Translations under genes and position numbers: made by a program
Assembly: GCF_039541115.1 (NCBI RefSeq)
Contig: NZ_BAABFP010000007.1
Span: 186,001-250,000, forward strand
Reading direction: 5' to 3'
DNA length: 64,000 nucleotides
From: Angustibacter luteus
GTDB lineage: Bacteria; Actinomycetota; Actinomycetes; Actinomycetales; Angustibacteraceae
Notes under the pieces: generated by a model
The model's input: the letters and a program-made list of their open reading frames with translations, nothing else
What the model was told of the DNA's origin: nothing
Database searches by the model: none
Shown here: one piece after another, positions 30,567 through 40,567 of the stretch
Position numbering within the stretch: the stretch's first letter is position 1
How the letters are laid out: every line of letters begins with the position of its first letter

Positions 30567-30984
30567 CGCCGGCTCGTACGGTCAGCCGGATCCACGTCCG
30601 GCGGGCGCCCTCGACGTCCTCGTGCCCGGACTCCAGCGAGTCGACCAGCGCGGACAGCACGGCCCAGGCGTAGGCGCTGCGGTCCGGCAGCTCGACGTCG
30701 GGACCGCTGACGTCCACGGTGAGCGCGCCCTCGGCCAGCGTGAAGAGGCACGACAGGTGGTCCGGCGGCGCGTCGGCCGGTCGCCGGATCAGGAGGGTGC
30801 AGGCCTCGTCGATGGCGATCCGCAGGTCCTCGATGCGGTCCAGGGTCAGGTCGAAGCGGGCGGCCAGCCCGGCCGTGGCGGTCCGGACCACGGCGACGTA
30901 CGCGGCGCTCGCCGGGACCTCCAGCTCGACCACGTCGGCAGCGTGGGTGACGTCGACGGACCCGACCTCGGTCAACGCCGCCAC
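30550..30984 (-). CDS. Anti-sigma factor (RsbW/HATPase_c-like)
   Basis: VPASAAYVAVVRTATAGLAARFDLTLDRIEDLRIAIDEAC; immediately upstream of the sigma factor. Confidence 0.88.
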   Translation of the reverse strand: MAALTEVGSVDVTHAADVVELEVPASAAYVAVVRTATAGLAARFDLTLDRIEDLRIAIDEACTLLIRRPADAPPDHLSCLFTLAEGALTVDVSGPDVELPDRSAYAWAVLSALVDSLESGHEDVEGARRTWIRLTVRAGAGQWA

Positions 30985-31106
30985 GACCCACCTACCCGCT
31001 CACGAACCTGCGCACCCACCTGCACGGCCCCATCCTGACGCGCCTGGCGGTCGTCGTCCACGGGAACGGTCGGACTGGTCCGGGACATCCCTTTCGTGCC
31101 CTCCGG

Positions 31107-31640
31107 TCACGCCTGGGCGGCGAGCTTCTGCAGCGCGTCGCCGTCCATCCGGTAGACCGTCCACTCGTCCTGCCCGACGGCGCCGAGCGAGCGGTAGAAG
31201 CCGAGGGCCGGCTCGTTCCAGTCCAGCACCCACCACTCCAGCCGGGGGTACTTCCGGTCGGCGCAGATCTTGGCCAGCCGGGCCAGGAACGCCTTGCCGA
31301 TGCCGCTGCCGCGCTGGTCCGGCTGGACGAACAGGTCCTCCAGCCAGATGCCGTGCCGGCTCGTCCAGGTCGAGAAGGTGACGTACCAGACCGCCATGCC
31401 GACCAACCGGGTCGAGCCGTCCGGGTCGGTCACCTCGGCGACCAGCGCGCTGGCCCCGGCCGGGCCGTCCGTCGGGAAGAGCGCGGCCTGCAGGAACTCC
31501 TCCGTGGACTCCACGTGGTGCAGCGACTCCTCGTACACCGCGAGCTCCTTGATGAGCCGCAGGATGTCCGGGACGTCGCCCGAGACGGCTTCGCGGATGA
31601 GTGCTGGGGGAGTGGGAGCCGGGGTCAGGTCGTCGGACAT
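31107..31640 (-). CDS. GNAT family N-acetyltransferase (SSAT-like)
   Basis: FSTWTSRHGIWLEDLFV...RGSGIGK, LEWWVLDWNEPALGFY; TACGGT -10 element 6 nt before ATG. Confidence 0.9.
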   Translation of the reverse strand: MSDDLTPAPTPPALIREAVSGDVPDILRLIKELAVYEESLHHVESTEEFLQAALFPTDGPAGASALVAEVTDPDGSTRLVGMAVWYVTFSTWTSRHGIWLEDLFVQPDQRGSGIGKAFLARLAKICADRKYPRLEWWVLDWNEPALGFYRSLGAVGQDEWTVYRMDGDALQKLAAQA

Positions 31641-31953
31641 GGGGTGACCGTAGCGCTCGCGGCGGACAGCGGGCAGTCGTCTTGCCACAGCGCCATGGAG
31701 CCCGGCAACGGCCAAGTCACCGCCTGCACGCTGGCACCGCGACGGCTCTCTTGACGGGGCGCTGCTCACTGGGGTGACGGCGGGCTGCAGGAGCGACTCG
31801 TCCGGACAGTGCACGGCTGACGCTCAGGGCACGTGTGACGACACCGGCAGTCGTTCGGACAGCACGACCTGAGGGCGCGCTGGGCGACCCATGACGCCGT
31901 CCACCACGGCCCAGAACACACGGGCGCCGCAGTGCTGGGATCGGAGCGGCGCC

Positions 31954-34900
31954 TCACAGCGCCACCTGGACGGCGGTCGTGGCCCCGCGCAGCACCAGGA
32001 CGCCGCGGCCCGGAGCCGCCGACTCGACCGGCTCGACCCGCACGCCGAACGGGTCGCCGTCGTGCGGGCTGTGCGGGCCGAGCAGGACGCCGGTGCGCTG
32101 CCGCAACGCCGCGGCCACAAAGGGCGCGCTGACCGGCAGGTGTCCGGCCTCCGTGCGGAGGGCCAGGGCCAAGCAGTGGGGGCCGGGATCCCTGGCCAGC
32201 TGCTCCAGGGCGCCGGCGACCGCCGGGTCGTGAGCGACCCGCTCAGCGTCGTCCACCAGCACGCAGGCGCCGGCCACGGGGTCCGCCGGTCGCGCCATGA
32301 GCAGACGCAGGAGCTCCGGTCCGTCGGTCGCGGTGGGCCAGCCGCCCTCGTGCAGCGGCCCGCCGAGCGGGGCGAGCGCGATCACCCGGCGACCCCGCGC
32401 GTGCAGCTGCCGTGCGACCACCGCGAGCACCTGCGAGCGCCCGCTACCGGCCGGACCCAGGACCACCCACCGGCGGTGCACGGCCGGATCCACGGCCACG
32501 GGCAGGGCCTCGTCTCCGCCGACCCCCAGCAGCACACCGGCGCCGTCCCAGGCATCGAGCTCGGTGAGGTGCAGCAGGTCGGGGAGCCGGCGCAGGCGCA
32601 GCGCCCGCTCGGCGAGGCCGGAGGCCGCGGTGGGAGATGCCGCGAGCGTGGCACGGAGCTGCTCGCCGTCGGCGCGGACGAGCTGGACCTGGCGTCCACC
32701 GGGTAGGTGGATCACCCGGCCCGCCGGCAGTCGCGAGGGGACAGCGGACGTCGGCACCCCGGCCAGCAGGAGGTCGGTGGGGTCGGTCGGCCGCAGCAGC
32801 AGCCGCTGGCCCACGAGCGACCCGATCCGCGAGGTCAGGACGGCACGCCCACCCGCCACCACCAGCCGCAGACCGGCCCGCTCGCCGTCCCGGACGAGAG
32901 AGAGCAGGGCGTCCAGGCCGCGTCCGTGGTCCACCCGCTCCAGGCCCTCGGCCAGCGACTCCCACCCGTCCACCAGCAGCACCGTCGCCCGGCCGGGCCG
33001 CTCGGTGCCTGGACCCCGCCGGTCGTTCAGCTGCGAGGACAGCCGGTCCACGAGGCGAGCCACGACGGTGGCCGGCTCGCCGGTCAGCACCGTGCCCAGC
33101 TGCGGCAGCGACGGCCGGGCTCCTGGGTCCAAGGCCCGCGCGAGTGCCCCGCCGGCTGCGTCGACCACATGCACGTGGTGGCCCTCGGGCGAGGCCAGCA
33201 ACGCTGTCGCGAGCGCCAGCAGGGCATTGGTCCGTCCGGTGCGCGGTGCCCCGCTGATCGCCAGGTGCGAGTCGACCAGCGGGTCCCAGCCGAAGGGCTC
33301 CTGGCGTCCCTCGACGGGCAGGTCGGCCAGCCCCCACGCCGGTGCCCCGCCGGCTGCCGCACCCCGCAGGTCAGCGGACGCGAGCTGCTCGGGGAGCGGT
33401 GGCAGCCACGGGCTCGGTGGTGGTTCGGCGCCGACCAGGGCGCTCGCCGCTCGCATGGACCGCACCAGCGCCGCCAGCTCGTCGGCGTGCGGGTCCACCG
33501 GGACGGGGTGTCCAGCCGGTAGCACGAGGGGCCGGCTGATCCGGGGGCCGTGCGCGGTGCCGCCGGCCAGCGCCGTCTGGAATGCGGTGAGGGACTTCGA
33601 CCCGGCGCGGAACAGCCCACGGCCCGGGACGCCGTCCGGCAGCACCGCGGCGTCCGCCGCGTCCAGCACGTCCTCGGAGTCGACCCGGTCGCGCACCCGC
33701 AGGCAGATGCGCAGGTTGACGTTCGCCTTGATGTCCGCGGTCACGATGCCGGCCGGGCGCTGGGTGGCGAGCACCAGGTGCACGCCCAGCGACCGCCCGA
33801 CCGCGGCCAGTCGGACCAGGCCGTCCAGGAAGTCCGGGAGCTCGCCGGCCAGGAGCCGGAACTCGTCGATCACGAGCACCAACCGGGCCAGTGCGGGGCG
33901 CCCCGGTTCGTCGTCGCACCATCGTTGGTAGGCGCCCAGGTCTGCCGCCCCGACCTCGGCCAGCAGGCGCTCTCGGCGGGTCAGCTCGGCCTGCAACGCG
34001 GTCAGCGCCCGAGCCGCCAGGTGCCCGTCCAGGTCACTGACCACCCCGAGGACGTGCGGCAGGTCGGCGCAACGCCGGAACGCGGCCCCGCCCTTGTAGT
34101 CCACCAGCACGAACGACAGCTCGTCCGGCCGGTTGCCGAGCGCCAACGAGGTCACCAGGGTGAGCAGCAGCTCGGACTTGCCCGCGCCCGTCGTGCCCGC
34201 CACCAGCGTGTGCGGCCCGTCGGCGAGCAGGTCGACGCAGACCCGCCCGTCCCGGCCCGCGCCGAGGGTGACCGTCGTCGACCGGGGAGAGCGTCGCCAG
34301 CTGTCGGCCAACGCTGCCGGATCGGCGGCATCGACGTCGAGCAGGGACGTGAGGGCGACCGAGACCGGAAGGGAGTCGCCCCCCGCGGGTTCTGGCGTGG
34401 CCTCGCGGAACGGGGCGAGGGCGCGTGCGAGCTCGTCCGCCCACGCGGCACCGACGCCGTCCGGCGCGAGGTCCCAGCCGGCTCCGTCACCGTCGGCACC
34501 GTGGGCATTGTCGGCACCGTCGGTACCGAGGCCACCGAGGCCTCGGGTGCTCGCCGGGCCGCTGCTCGGCAGGGTGATGCTGAGCCCGCACTCACTGGGG
34601 AGCTCCGAGGCGCTCCCGGCCAGGCAGATCGTGTGCACGCCCACCGCGGGGCCGTGACGCAGCACCGTGGCCAGGGCGGGGTCCTGGCCCACGGGGTTCC
34701 CGCCCGCGGCGCCGCGGGCCGTCGCGCGCAGGTCCAGCAGGACGACGATCGCGGCCTCAGCCCCTCTCGGCTGGCCTGCTGGACGCCGGGTGGAGCGACC
34801 GTCGGCCCGCTCGATCCGGCGCTGCACCTCGTGCTCGAGGTCGACGAGCGACCCAGCGAACCGGTGCGGGAGCCACCGTGCCCACGACCAGGTGGTCGCC

Positions 34901-36183
34901 GGACCGATCACCGCCAGCCGTACCCCCCGCGGTGAGCACCGTCCGGCCAGCTGACCGACGAGGTAGCGACCCAGGGCCGTGACCCGTGCTTCGTCGCCGG
35001 CCAGCCCCAGGTGCTGCGCCCGGTCCAGCGGCAGGGTGGCCGGGGCGTCGTCGAGCCACTGCAGCTCGCCGTCCGCCTCGCCCGACACCTGGCCGGTGCC
35101 GACCCGGACCGAGGAGCGGCACCGCCGAGCGCCGAGCACGACGGACAGCAGGTCGTCGTCTCCTGGGCCGCGTTGCCACAGCCTCGCCGTGGGCTGGTGC
35201 ACCGTCTCGGAGAGCTCGGCCGCGTCGCCGGCGAGCGCCCGGCGACGCTCCAGCTCGTCGCGCAGCGCGGCGAGCCGGGCCTGGTCGGCGGCGTCGTCGC
35301 GAACCTTCCAGGCCGCCTGCTCCGAGCGGTGGCGGCGCCCCCGTCCCAGTCGCTCGGCGACGGTCGTCGACAGCATGGCCACCGGTCCGAGCAGGCCGAA
35401 GGCCAGGTACGTCGGCTGGTGCAGGAGCAGTGCCATCGGGACGCACAGCAGCAGCGGCAGCGCGACGGCGATCCACGGGATGCGCGTCGGCGCGGGCGGT
35501 GTCGGGGCTGCCGGGCGGCTGATCCGGGTTGGCTCGACGGTGAGGTCCGTGCGGGGCGCGCGATTCACCTCGATGCCACCGTTGCCGTCGCCTCGCAGGG
35601 ACGCCGGCGCCGAGCCGGTCACCCGGACCACGAGCGTCGACTCGCCCACTCGGATCCGTTGCCCCGGGCGGACCTGACGACCCGTCGGCCCCACCGGCTC
35701 GCCGTCCAGGAGGCTGCCGTTGCTCGAACCCAGGTCGTGCACCACCGTGCCGCCCGGGTCGACGCGGATGCGCAGGTGCAGGCGTGACACCGAGGGGTCC
35801 GCCAGCTGCAGGTCGGCTGCCCCGCCACGGCCGATCGTGTGCGGTCCTGGCTGCAGGGGTATCCGTCGGCCGGCATCGGGCCCGGCCACCACGCAGAGCT
35901 CGAGTACGCCGGCGGTGCGCTCGCCCGCGCGGCGTTCGGTCGCCGCCCCCGCCGGCACGGCAACCAGCAGGACCCCCTCCACCAATGGAGGCGTGCCGAG
36001 CGCCAGGTCCGGCGGCAACCGCCGACCGCGGATGGTCAGCGCGCTGTCGGCGCCGGCTCCCACCTGACCCAGCAGCGCGCCGCTCACCTCGCCGAGGAGG
36101 GTGCCGGCCGGCGCGCGGACGTCGACGTCCAGTGCGGACGCGGGCGACCGCGCGTCGATCACGGTGCAGCGCAAGGGGTTCAC
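31954..36183 (-). CDS. FHA-domain FtsK/SpoIIIE (EccC/EssC-like) ATPase
   Basis: FHA (IGRG...VSRLH...DLGSSNG), 2 TM, DGPHTLVAGTTGAGKSE, LVDYKGG, IDEF, GRSLGVHLVLATQRP; two more P-loops GAPRTGRT and GPAGSGRS. Confidence 0.9.
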   Translation of the reverse strand: MNPLRCTVIDARSPASALDVDVRAPAGTLLGEVSGALLGQVGAGADSALTIRGRRLPPDLALGTPPLVEGVLLVAVPAGAATERRAGERTAGVLELCVVAGPDAGRRIPLQPGPHTIGRGGAADLQLADPSVSRLHLRIRVDPGGTVVHDLGSSNGSLLDGEPVGPTGRQVRPGQRIRVGESTLVVRVTGSAPASLRGDGNGGIEVNRAPRTDLTVEPTRISRPAAPTPPAPTRIPWIAVALPLLLCVPMALLLHQPTYLAFGLLGPVAMLSTTVAERLGRGRRHRSEQAAWKVRDDAADQARLAALRDELERRRALAGDAAELSETVHQPTARLWQRGPGDDDLLSVVLGARRCRSSVRVGTGQVSGEADGELQWLDDAPATLPLDRAQHLGLAGDEARVTALGRYLVGQLAGRCSPRGVRLAVIGPATTWSWARWLPHRFAGSLVDLEHEVQRRIERADGRSTRRPAGQPRGAEAAIVVLLDLRATARGAAGGNPVGQDPALATVLRHGPAVGVHTICLAGSASELPSECGLSITLPSSGPASTRGLGGLGTDGADNAHGADGDGAGWDLAPDGVGAAWADELARALAPFREATPEPAGGDSLPVSVALTSLLDVDAADPAALADSWRRSPRSTTVTLGAGRDGRVCVDLLADGPHTLVAGTTGAGKSELLLTLVTSLALGNRPDELSFVLVDYKGGAAFRRCADLPHVLGVVSDLDGHLAARALTALQAELTRRERLLAEVGAADLGAYQRWCDDEPGRPALARLVLVIDEFRLLAGELPDFLDGLVRLAAVGRSLGVHLVLATQRPAGIVTADIKANVNLRICLRVRDRVDSEDVLDAADAAVLPDGVPGRGLFRAGSKSLTAFQTALAGGTAHGPRISRPLVLPAGHPVPVDPHADELAALVRSMRAASALVGAEPPPSPWLPPLPEQLASADLRGAAAGGAPAWGLADLPVEGRQEPFGWDPLVDSHLAISGAPRTGRTNALLALATALLASPEGHHVHVVDAAGGALARALDPGARPSLPQLGTVLTGEPATVVARLVDRLSSQLNDRRGPGTERPGRATVLLVDGWESLAEGLERVDHGRGLDALLSLVRDGERAGLRLVVAGGRAVLTSRIGSLVGQRLLLRPTDPTDLLLAGVPTSAVPSRLPAGRVIHLPGGRQVQLVRADGEQLRATLAASPTAASGLAERALRLRRLPDLLHLTELDAWDGAGVLLGVGGDEALPVAVDPAVHRRWVVLGPAGSGRSQVLAVVARQLHARGRRVIALAPLGGPLHEGGWPTATDGPELLRLLMARPADPVAGACVLVDDAERVAHDPAVAGALEQLARDPGPHCLALALRTEAGHLPVSAPFVAAALRQRTGVLLGPHSPHDGDPFGVRVEPVESAAPGRGVLVLRGATTAVQVAL

Positions 36184-36222
36184 CCGAGAAGTCTGGCGGA
36201 ATCGCCGGGAGGGCTGCGGAGC

Positions 36223-36232
36223 TTATCCACAG
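36223..36232 (-). promoter_or_regulatory. Perfect DnaA box (TTATCCACA) in the divergent FtsK/tad promoter region
   Basis: TTATCCACAG at 36223-36232, read as CTGTGGATAA on the minus strand, ending 39 nt before the FtsK GTG. Confidence 0.6.
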
Positions 36233-36303
36233 ATCTTGACGGTCCGCTTCTCCCGGTATGTCCGATTGTCTAGAGTGGACGGGTCGAGGCTCGAGGGGGG
36301 CTC

Positions 36304-37611
36304 ATGGGGGTGCAGGACGGTGCGCGCGGCCGGGTCGAGCAGGTCGTGCGAGAGCTCGTGCGGCGCTCGGGGATCGACCCTCTGCAGGACGGCGCCGCCG
36401 TCCGCGAGCTGGTCGAGGAGGCGGTGAACGACTACGAGGAGCGGTCGTTGAGCGGGGGGCTGCCACCGGTCGAGGACCGGTCGGCGCTGGTGGGCGCCGT
36501 CTGGGCCGCGGTCGCGGGATTCGGTGCCCTGCAACGGTTCCTGGACGACCCGAGCGTCGAGGAGATCTGGGTCAACGAACCCGGCAAGGTGTTCGTCGCG
36601 CGAGGCGGGCTGCCGGAGCTGACCACGACGATGCTCACCGCGCAGTCCCTCGCCGACCTGGTGGAGCGCATGCTGTCGACGTCCGGCCGGCGGGTCGACC
36701 TGTCCAGCCCGTTCGTCGACGCCAGCCTGCCCGACGGTTCGCGGCTGCACGTGGTGATCCCGGACGTGACCCGCGAGCACTGGGCCGTGAACATCCGCAA
36801 GTTCGTGGTCCGGGCGCGGCACCTCGAGGACCTCGTCCGGCTCGGCTCGCTGAGCTCGCAGGTCGCAGCCTTCCTCGAGGCCAGCGTGCGGGCCGGGCTG
36901 AACGTGCTGGTGGCCGGTGGAACCCAGGCCGGGAAGACCACGCTGCTGAACTGCCTCGCCGGCGCCATCGACTCCCGTGAGCGCATCATCACCTGCGAGG
37001 AGGTGTTCGAGCTTCAGCTCGCCGGACGCGACGTCGTCGCCATGCAGTGCCGGCAGCCGAACCTCGAGGGCGCCGGCGAGATCCCGCTGCGCCGGCTGGT
37101 GAAGGAGTCACTGCGCATGCGCCCCTCCCGCATCATCGTCGGCGAGGTCCGGCAGGAGGAGAGCCTGGACATGCTCTTGGCGCTGAACAGCGGCCTGCCC
37201 GGGATGTGCACGGTGCACGCGAACAGCGCACGCGACGCGCTCGTCAAGATGTGCACCCTTCCGCTGCTGGCCGGTGAGAACGTGAGCTCGCGGTTCGTGG
37301 TGCCGACCGTGGCCTCGAGCATCGACCTGGTCGTCTACATCCGGCTCGACCCGGATGGTCGGCGACGGGTGGCCGAGGTGGTCGCCGTGTCCGGCCGCGT
37401 CGAGGCCGACGTGGTCGAGACCACGGACGTGTTCACCAGTCGCGGTGGCCGGCTCCAGCGGGCTGCGGGCTTCCCGCCGCACCCCGAACGCTACGAACGG
37501 GTCGGCATCGACGTCGCCCGGCTGCTCGCGCCGCGCGAGGGCGACGGCGCAGCGGTGAGCGGATCGCCCTCGGACGTCGACGTCCCGTCTCTCGCGGGCC
37601 TCCCGACGTGA
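36304..37611 (+). CDS. tadA: CpaF/TadA pilus assembly ATPase
   Basis: DASLPDGSRLHVVIP, IRKF, GGTQAGKTT, EEVFEL, LRMRPSRIIVGEVR, TVHANS. Confidence 0.92.
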   Translation: MGVQDGARGRVEQVVRELVRRSGIDPLQDGAAVRELVEEAVNDYEERSLSGGLPPVEDRSALVGAVWAAVAGFGALQRFLDDPSVEEIWVNEPGKVFVARGGLPELTTTMLTAQSLADLVERMLSTSGRRVDLSSPFVDASLPDGSRLHVVIPDVTREHWAVNIRKFVVRARHLEDLVRLGSLSSQVAAFLEASVRAGLNVLVAGGTQAGKTTLLNCLAGAIDSRERIITCEEVFELQLAGRDVVAMQCRQPNLEGAGEIPLRRLVKESLRMRPSRIIVGEVRQEESLDMLLALNSGLPGMCTVHANSARDALVKMCTLPLLAGENVSSRFVVPTVASSIDLVVYIRLDPDGRRRVAEVVAVSGRVEADVVETTDVFTSRGGRLQRAAGFPPHPERYERVGIDVARLLAPREGDGAAVSGSPSDVDVPSLAGLPT

Positions 37612-38477
37612 CCGGGTTGGGACTCGGGCTGGCGCTAGGGGTCGGGTTGTTCCTGATGTGGCGGTCCTGCTGGCCCGCCCCGCAGCTGCCGCTGTCCACG
37701 TCCGGGCGAGTGCCGGGACGTCTCTGGTGCGACCGGGTGGTGCAGGACGCCCGGCTCGTCGGCATCGGCCCGCGGGCCCTCTCCGCGGCCTGCCTGGCCT
37801 GCGGGTCGGCCGCTGCCCTGCTCCTCCTGGCGGTCACCCGGGTGCCACCGGTGGCCGGCTGCTTCGCCCTCATGGCCGGCGCCGCTCCGCTGGTGGTGGT
37901 GCGGGGACGCGCCCGCCGCCGCCGCGCCAGCCTGCGTGAGATGTGGCCCGAGGCGGTCGACAACCTCGCGTCAGCGGTGCGAGCCGGACTGTCCCTCCCT
38001 GAGGCGCTCAGCCAGCTGGCCGTCCGCGGGCCGGCGCCGCTGCGCCCGGCCTTCTCGGCGTTCGCTCGCGACTACCGGTCGAGCGGGAGGTTCCACGACG
38101 CCCTCGACACGCTCAAGGACCGGCTCGCCGACCCGGTGGGTGACCGCATCGTCGAGTCCCTGCGGATCGCCCGCGAGGTCGGCGGCACCGACCTGGGTCG
38201 GCTCTTGCGCACCCTGTCCGGGTTCCTTCGCCAAGAAGCCCGCATGCGCTCCGAGCTGGAGGGCCGCCAGGGCTGGACGGTCAACGGCGCGCGGGTCGCC
38301 GTCGCGGCGCCGTGGATCGTCCTGCTGCTGCTCGCCACGCGCCCCGAATCCGTCGCTGCCTACAGCCGACCCGCTGGCGTCGTGGTGCTCGTCGGTGGCG
38401 CCCTCGTCTCGGCGCTGTCCTATGCGGCGATGCTGCGCATCGCCCGCCTGCCCGAGGAACGGCGGGTCCTTCGGTGA
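37608..38477 (+). CDS. tadB: TadB-like type II secretion F family protein
   Basis: WPEAVDNLASAVRAGLSLPEAL, GGTDLGRLL; GTGA overlap. Confidence 0.85.
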   Translation: MTGLGLGLALGVGLFLMWRSCWPAPQLPLSTSGRVPGRLWCDRVVQDARLVGIGPRALSAACLACGSAAALLLLAVTRVPPVAGCFALMAGAAPLVVVRGRARRRRASLREMWPEAVDNLASAVRAGLSLPEALSQLAVRGPAPLRPAFSAFARDYRSSGRFHDALDTLKDRLADPVGDRIVESLRIAREVGGTDLGRLLRTLSGFLRQEARMRSELEGRQGWTVNGARVAVAAPWIVLLLLATRPESVAAYSRPAGVVVLVGGALVSALSYAAMLRIARLPEERRVLR

Positions 38478-39421
38478 GCGCCGTGACGGTCTCCTGCGAC
38501 TGGCTCGGCTGCCTGATCGGGCTCGCGCTCGGCTGCGGGATCCTCCTGCTGCTGTCCGGACTGCCGTTCCTGCGCCGACCTGGGCTGGCAGAGCGCCTCG
38601 GGCCGTACGTGCACGACGTGAGCGCGCCGAGCCGGTTGCTGCGCTCGGGCGGTGAGCGCGGCCGGGTCGGCGCGCCCGCACCGGCGCGGGCGGCCGTCGA
38701 GCGGCTCTGCAGTGCCCTCGACCGGCTGCTGGGCGGATCGACGTCGCTCGGTGCGCGGCTGGAGCGTGCCGGACTCGGCCTGGACGTGCCCGGGTTTCGA
38801 GCTCAGCAGGTGCTGTGCGGGGCCGGCGGTGCGGCAGCCGGCGCCGCGCTCAGCGCTGCGGCCTGGTCCCGGCACCCCCGCGCGTTGCTGCCGCTCGCGT
38901 TCCTCGTCGTCGCGGCGGCCGGCGCCGGTGTCATGGCCCGCGACTGGTACCTGACCCACCAGGTGCGGCGCCGGGAGCAGCGGATGCTCGAAGAGCTGCC
39001 GACGGTCGCCGAGATGCTCGCCCTCGCCGTCGGTGCCGGTGAGGGTCCCGTCGCCGCGCTCCACCGGGTCGCCGCCCTGACCGGCGGCGAGCTGGCCGGC
39101 GAGCTCCGCCGTGCGCTCTCGGACACCCACGCCGGCGCGTCCCTCGTCCTCGCGCTCCAGGGCGTGTCCCGGCGGACCGGCCTGCCCGCCCTCGCCAGGT
39201 TCGTCGACGGCGTGGTCATCGCGGTCGAGCGCGGGACGCCACTGGCCGACGTGCTGCGGGCGCAGGCACAGGACGTCCGGCAGAGCGGGCAGCGCGCCCT
39301 GATGGACACAGCCGGGCGCAAGGAGGTCGCGATGATGGTGCCGGTGGTCTTCGGCGTGCTGCCGGTCACGGTGCTGTTCGCGGTGTACCCAGGGTTCGCG
39401 TTCCTGCGCCTTGGTCTGTGA
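38474..39421 (+). CDS. tadC: TadC-like type II secretion F family protein
   Basis: ELPTVAEMLALAVGAGEG, ERGTPLADVLRAQA, MMVPVVFGVLP. Confidence 0.85.
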   Translation: MSAVTVSCDWLGCLIGLALGCGILLLLSGLPFLRRPGLAERLGPYVHDVSAPSRLLRSGGERGRVGAPAPARAAVERLCSALDRLLGGSTSLGARLERAGLGLDVPGFRAQQVLCGAGGAAAGAALSAAAWSRHPRALLPLAFLVVAAAGAGVMARDWYLTHQVRRREQRMLEELPTVAEMLALAVGAGEGPVAALHRVAALTGGELAGELRRALSDTHAGASLVLALQGVSRRTGLPALARFVDGVVIAVERGTPLADVLRAQAQDVRQSGQRALMDTAGRKEVAMMVPVVFGVLPVTVLFAVYPGFAFLRLGL

Positions 39422-39451
39422 CTGAAGAGAACGACCGACGAGAGGAACACG

Positions 39452-39655
39452 ATGCACGCCCACGTCCTCACCGCCCTGCTCGCGACCCGGATCCGCGCCC
39501 GGCTCGCCGCCGGCGGGCCGTCCGATCGCGGCGACGTCCCCGGGTGGGTGCTCGTCACCGTCATGACCGCAGGCCTGGTGGCCGGCCTGTGGGCGGTCGC
39601 CGGTGACACGCTCAACGACCTCTTCCGCGACTCCATCCGCGGTGTCGCACCCTGA
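39452..39655 (+). CDS. Flp-like major pilin
   Basis: GAGGA RBS; 67 aa; DRG|DVPGWVLVTVMTAGLV hydrophobic helix; lies after tadC. Confidence 0.78.
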   Translation: MHAHVLTALLATRIRARLAAGGPSDRGDVPGWVLVTVMTAGLVAGLWAVAGDTLNDLFRDSIRGVAP

Positions 39656-40064
39656 GCGCCGCGGCCACGGCGACCGCGGTTCTGCCGCGGTGGACTTCGC
39701 CCTGGTCGGCGCCCTGCTGTCCCTGCTCTTTGCGGCGCTGCTCCAGCTGGTGCTGGTCCTGCACGTGCGGAACACGGCGATCGACTGCGCCGCCGAGGGA
39801 GCCCGTCTCGGGGCCAGGGCAGACCGGGTTCCCGCGGACGGGCTCGCCCGCGCCCGTGAGCTGCTGGCCAGTGAGCTGCCAGGTCGCGTCGGTCCCCGAC
39901 CGGACGACGCCGGCGTCGCGCTCGTGCAGGTCTCCGGCGTCCAGGCGGTCGAGGTGACCCTCACCGTGCCGTTGCCAGTGCTCGGCGTGCTCGGCTACGC
40001 AGGGTCCACCACCGTCCGGGGCCACGCCTTCGTCGAGGCGCAGCCCTTCGGAGGGACGGGGTGA
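39642..40064 (+). CDS. TadE-like minor pilin
   Basis: DRG|SAAVDFALV..., AAEGARLGA. Confidence 0.8.
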   Translation: MSHPERRGHGDRGSAAVDFALVGALLSLLFAALLQLVLVLHVRNTAIDCAAEGARLGARADRVPADGLARARELLASELPGRVGPRPDDAGVALVQVSGVQAVEVTLTVPLPVLGVLGYAGSTTVRGHAFVEAQPFGGTG

Positions 40065-40567
40065 GCACGCGAGCACGCGGTGTCCGCCGGCGCGCAGCCC
40101 TGGCGCGGGGGCCGGCCGACGCGGGAAACGCGCTGGTCGAGTTCTGCGTCCTCGGCGTGCTCCTGCTCGTCCCCGTCGTCTACCTGGTGCTGGTCCTGGG
40201 CCGGGTCGAAGCCGCGGCGTTCGCCGCGCAGCGCGCCGCCCGCGAGGGCGGCCGGGCATTCGTGACCGCGTCCGACGTGGACCAGGCGCGAGCGCGAGCG
40301 GACGCCGCCGCCGCCCTCGCGCTCGCCGACCAGGGGGTCCTGGGGCGGGGCCGCATCACCATCGACTGCGAGCACGCCGACTGCCTGTCGCCCGATGGTC
40401 GGGTGACCGTCTCCACCGAGGTGGACGTCGCGCTGCCCGGGGTGCCGAGGCTGCTCGACCGGGCATTCCCCACGCGCGTGCAGGTCACCGCCCAACAGGT
40501 CAGCGTCGTCGACCGGTTCCGCAGCAAGCAGGCTGGCCCGGACGCTGGACGGGTGGGCTCCCGATGA
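40061..40567 (+). CDS. TadE-like minor pilin
   Basis: DAG|NALVEFCVLGVLLLVP, AAREGGRA. Confidence 0.8.
   Translation: MSTRARGVRRRAALARGPADAGNALVEFCVLGVLLLVPVVYLVLVLGRVEAAAFAAQRAAREGGRAFVTASDVDQARARADAAAALALADQGVLGRGRITIDCEHADCLSPDGRVTVSTEVDVALPGVPRLLDRAFPTRVQVTAQQVSVVDRFRSKQAGPDAGRVGSR

Noticed and set aside
31766..31957. Cys-rich 63-aa ORF as a RiPP precursor or metallothionein
   Set aside because: No modifying enzymes nearby and a composition typical of off-frame GC-rich sequence; the GTGA overlap alone is insufficient.
36223..36231. Replication origin at the DnaA box
   Set aside because: Single box, no dnaA/dnaN and no AT-rich unwinding element.
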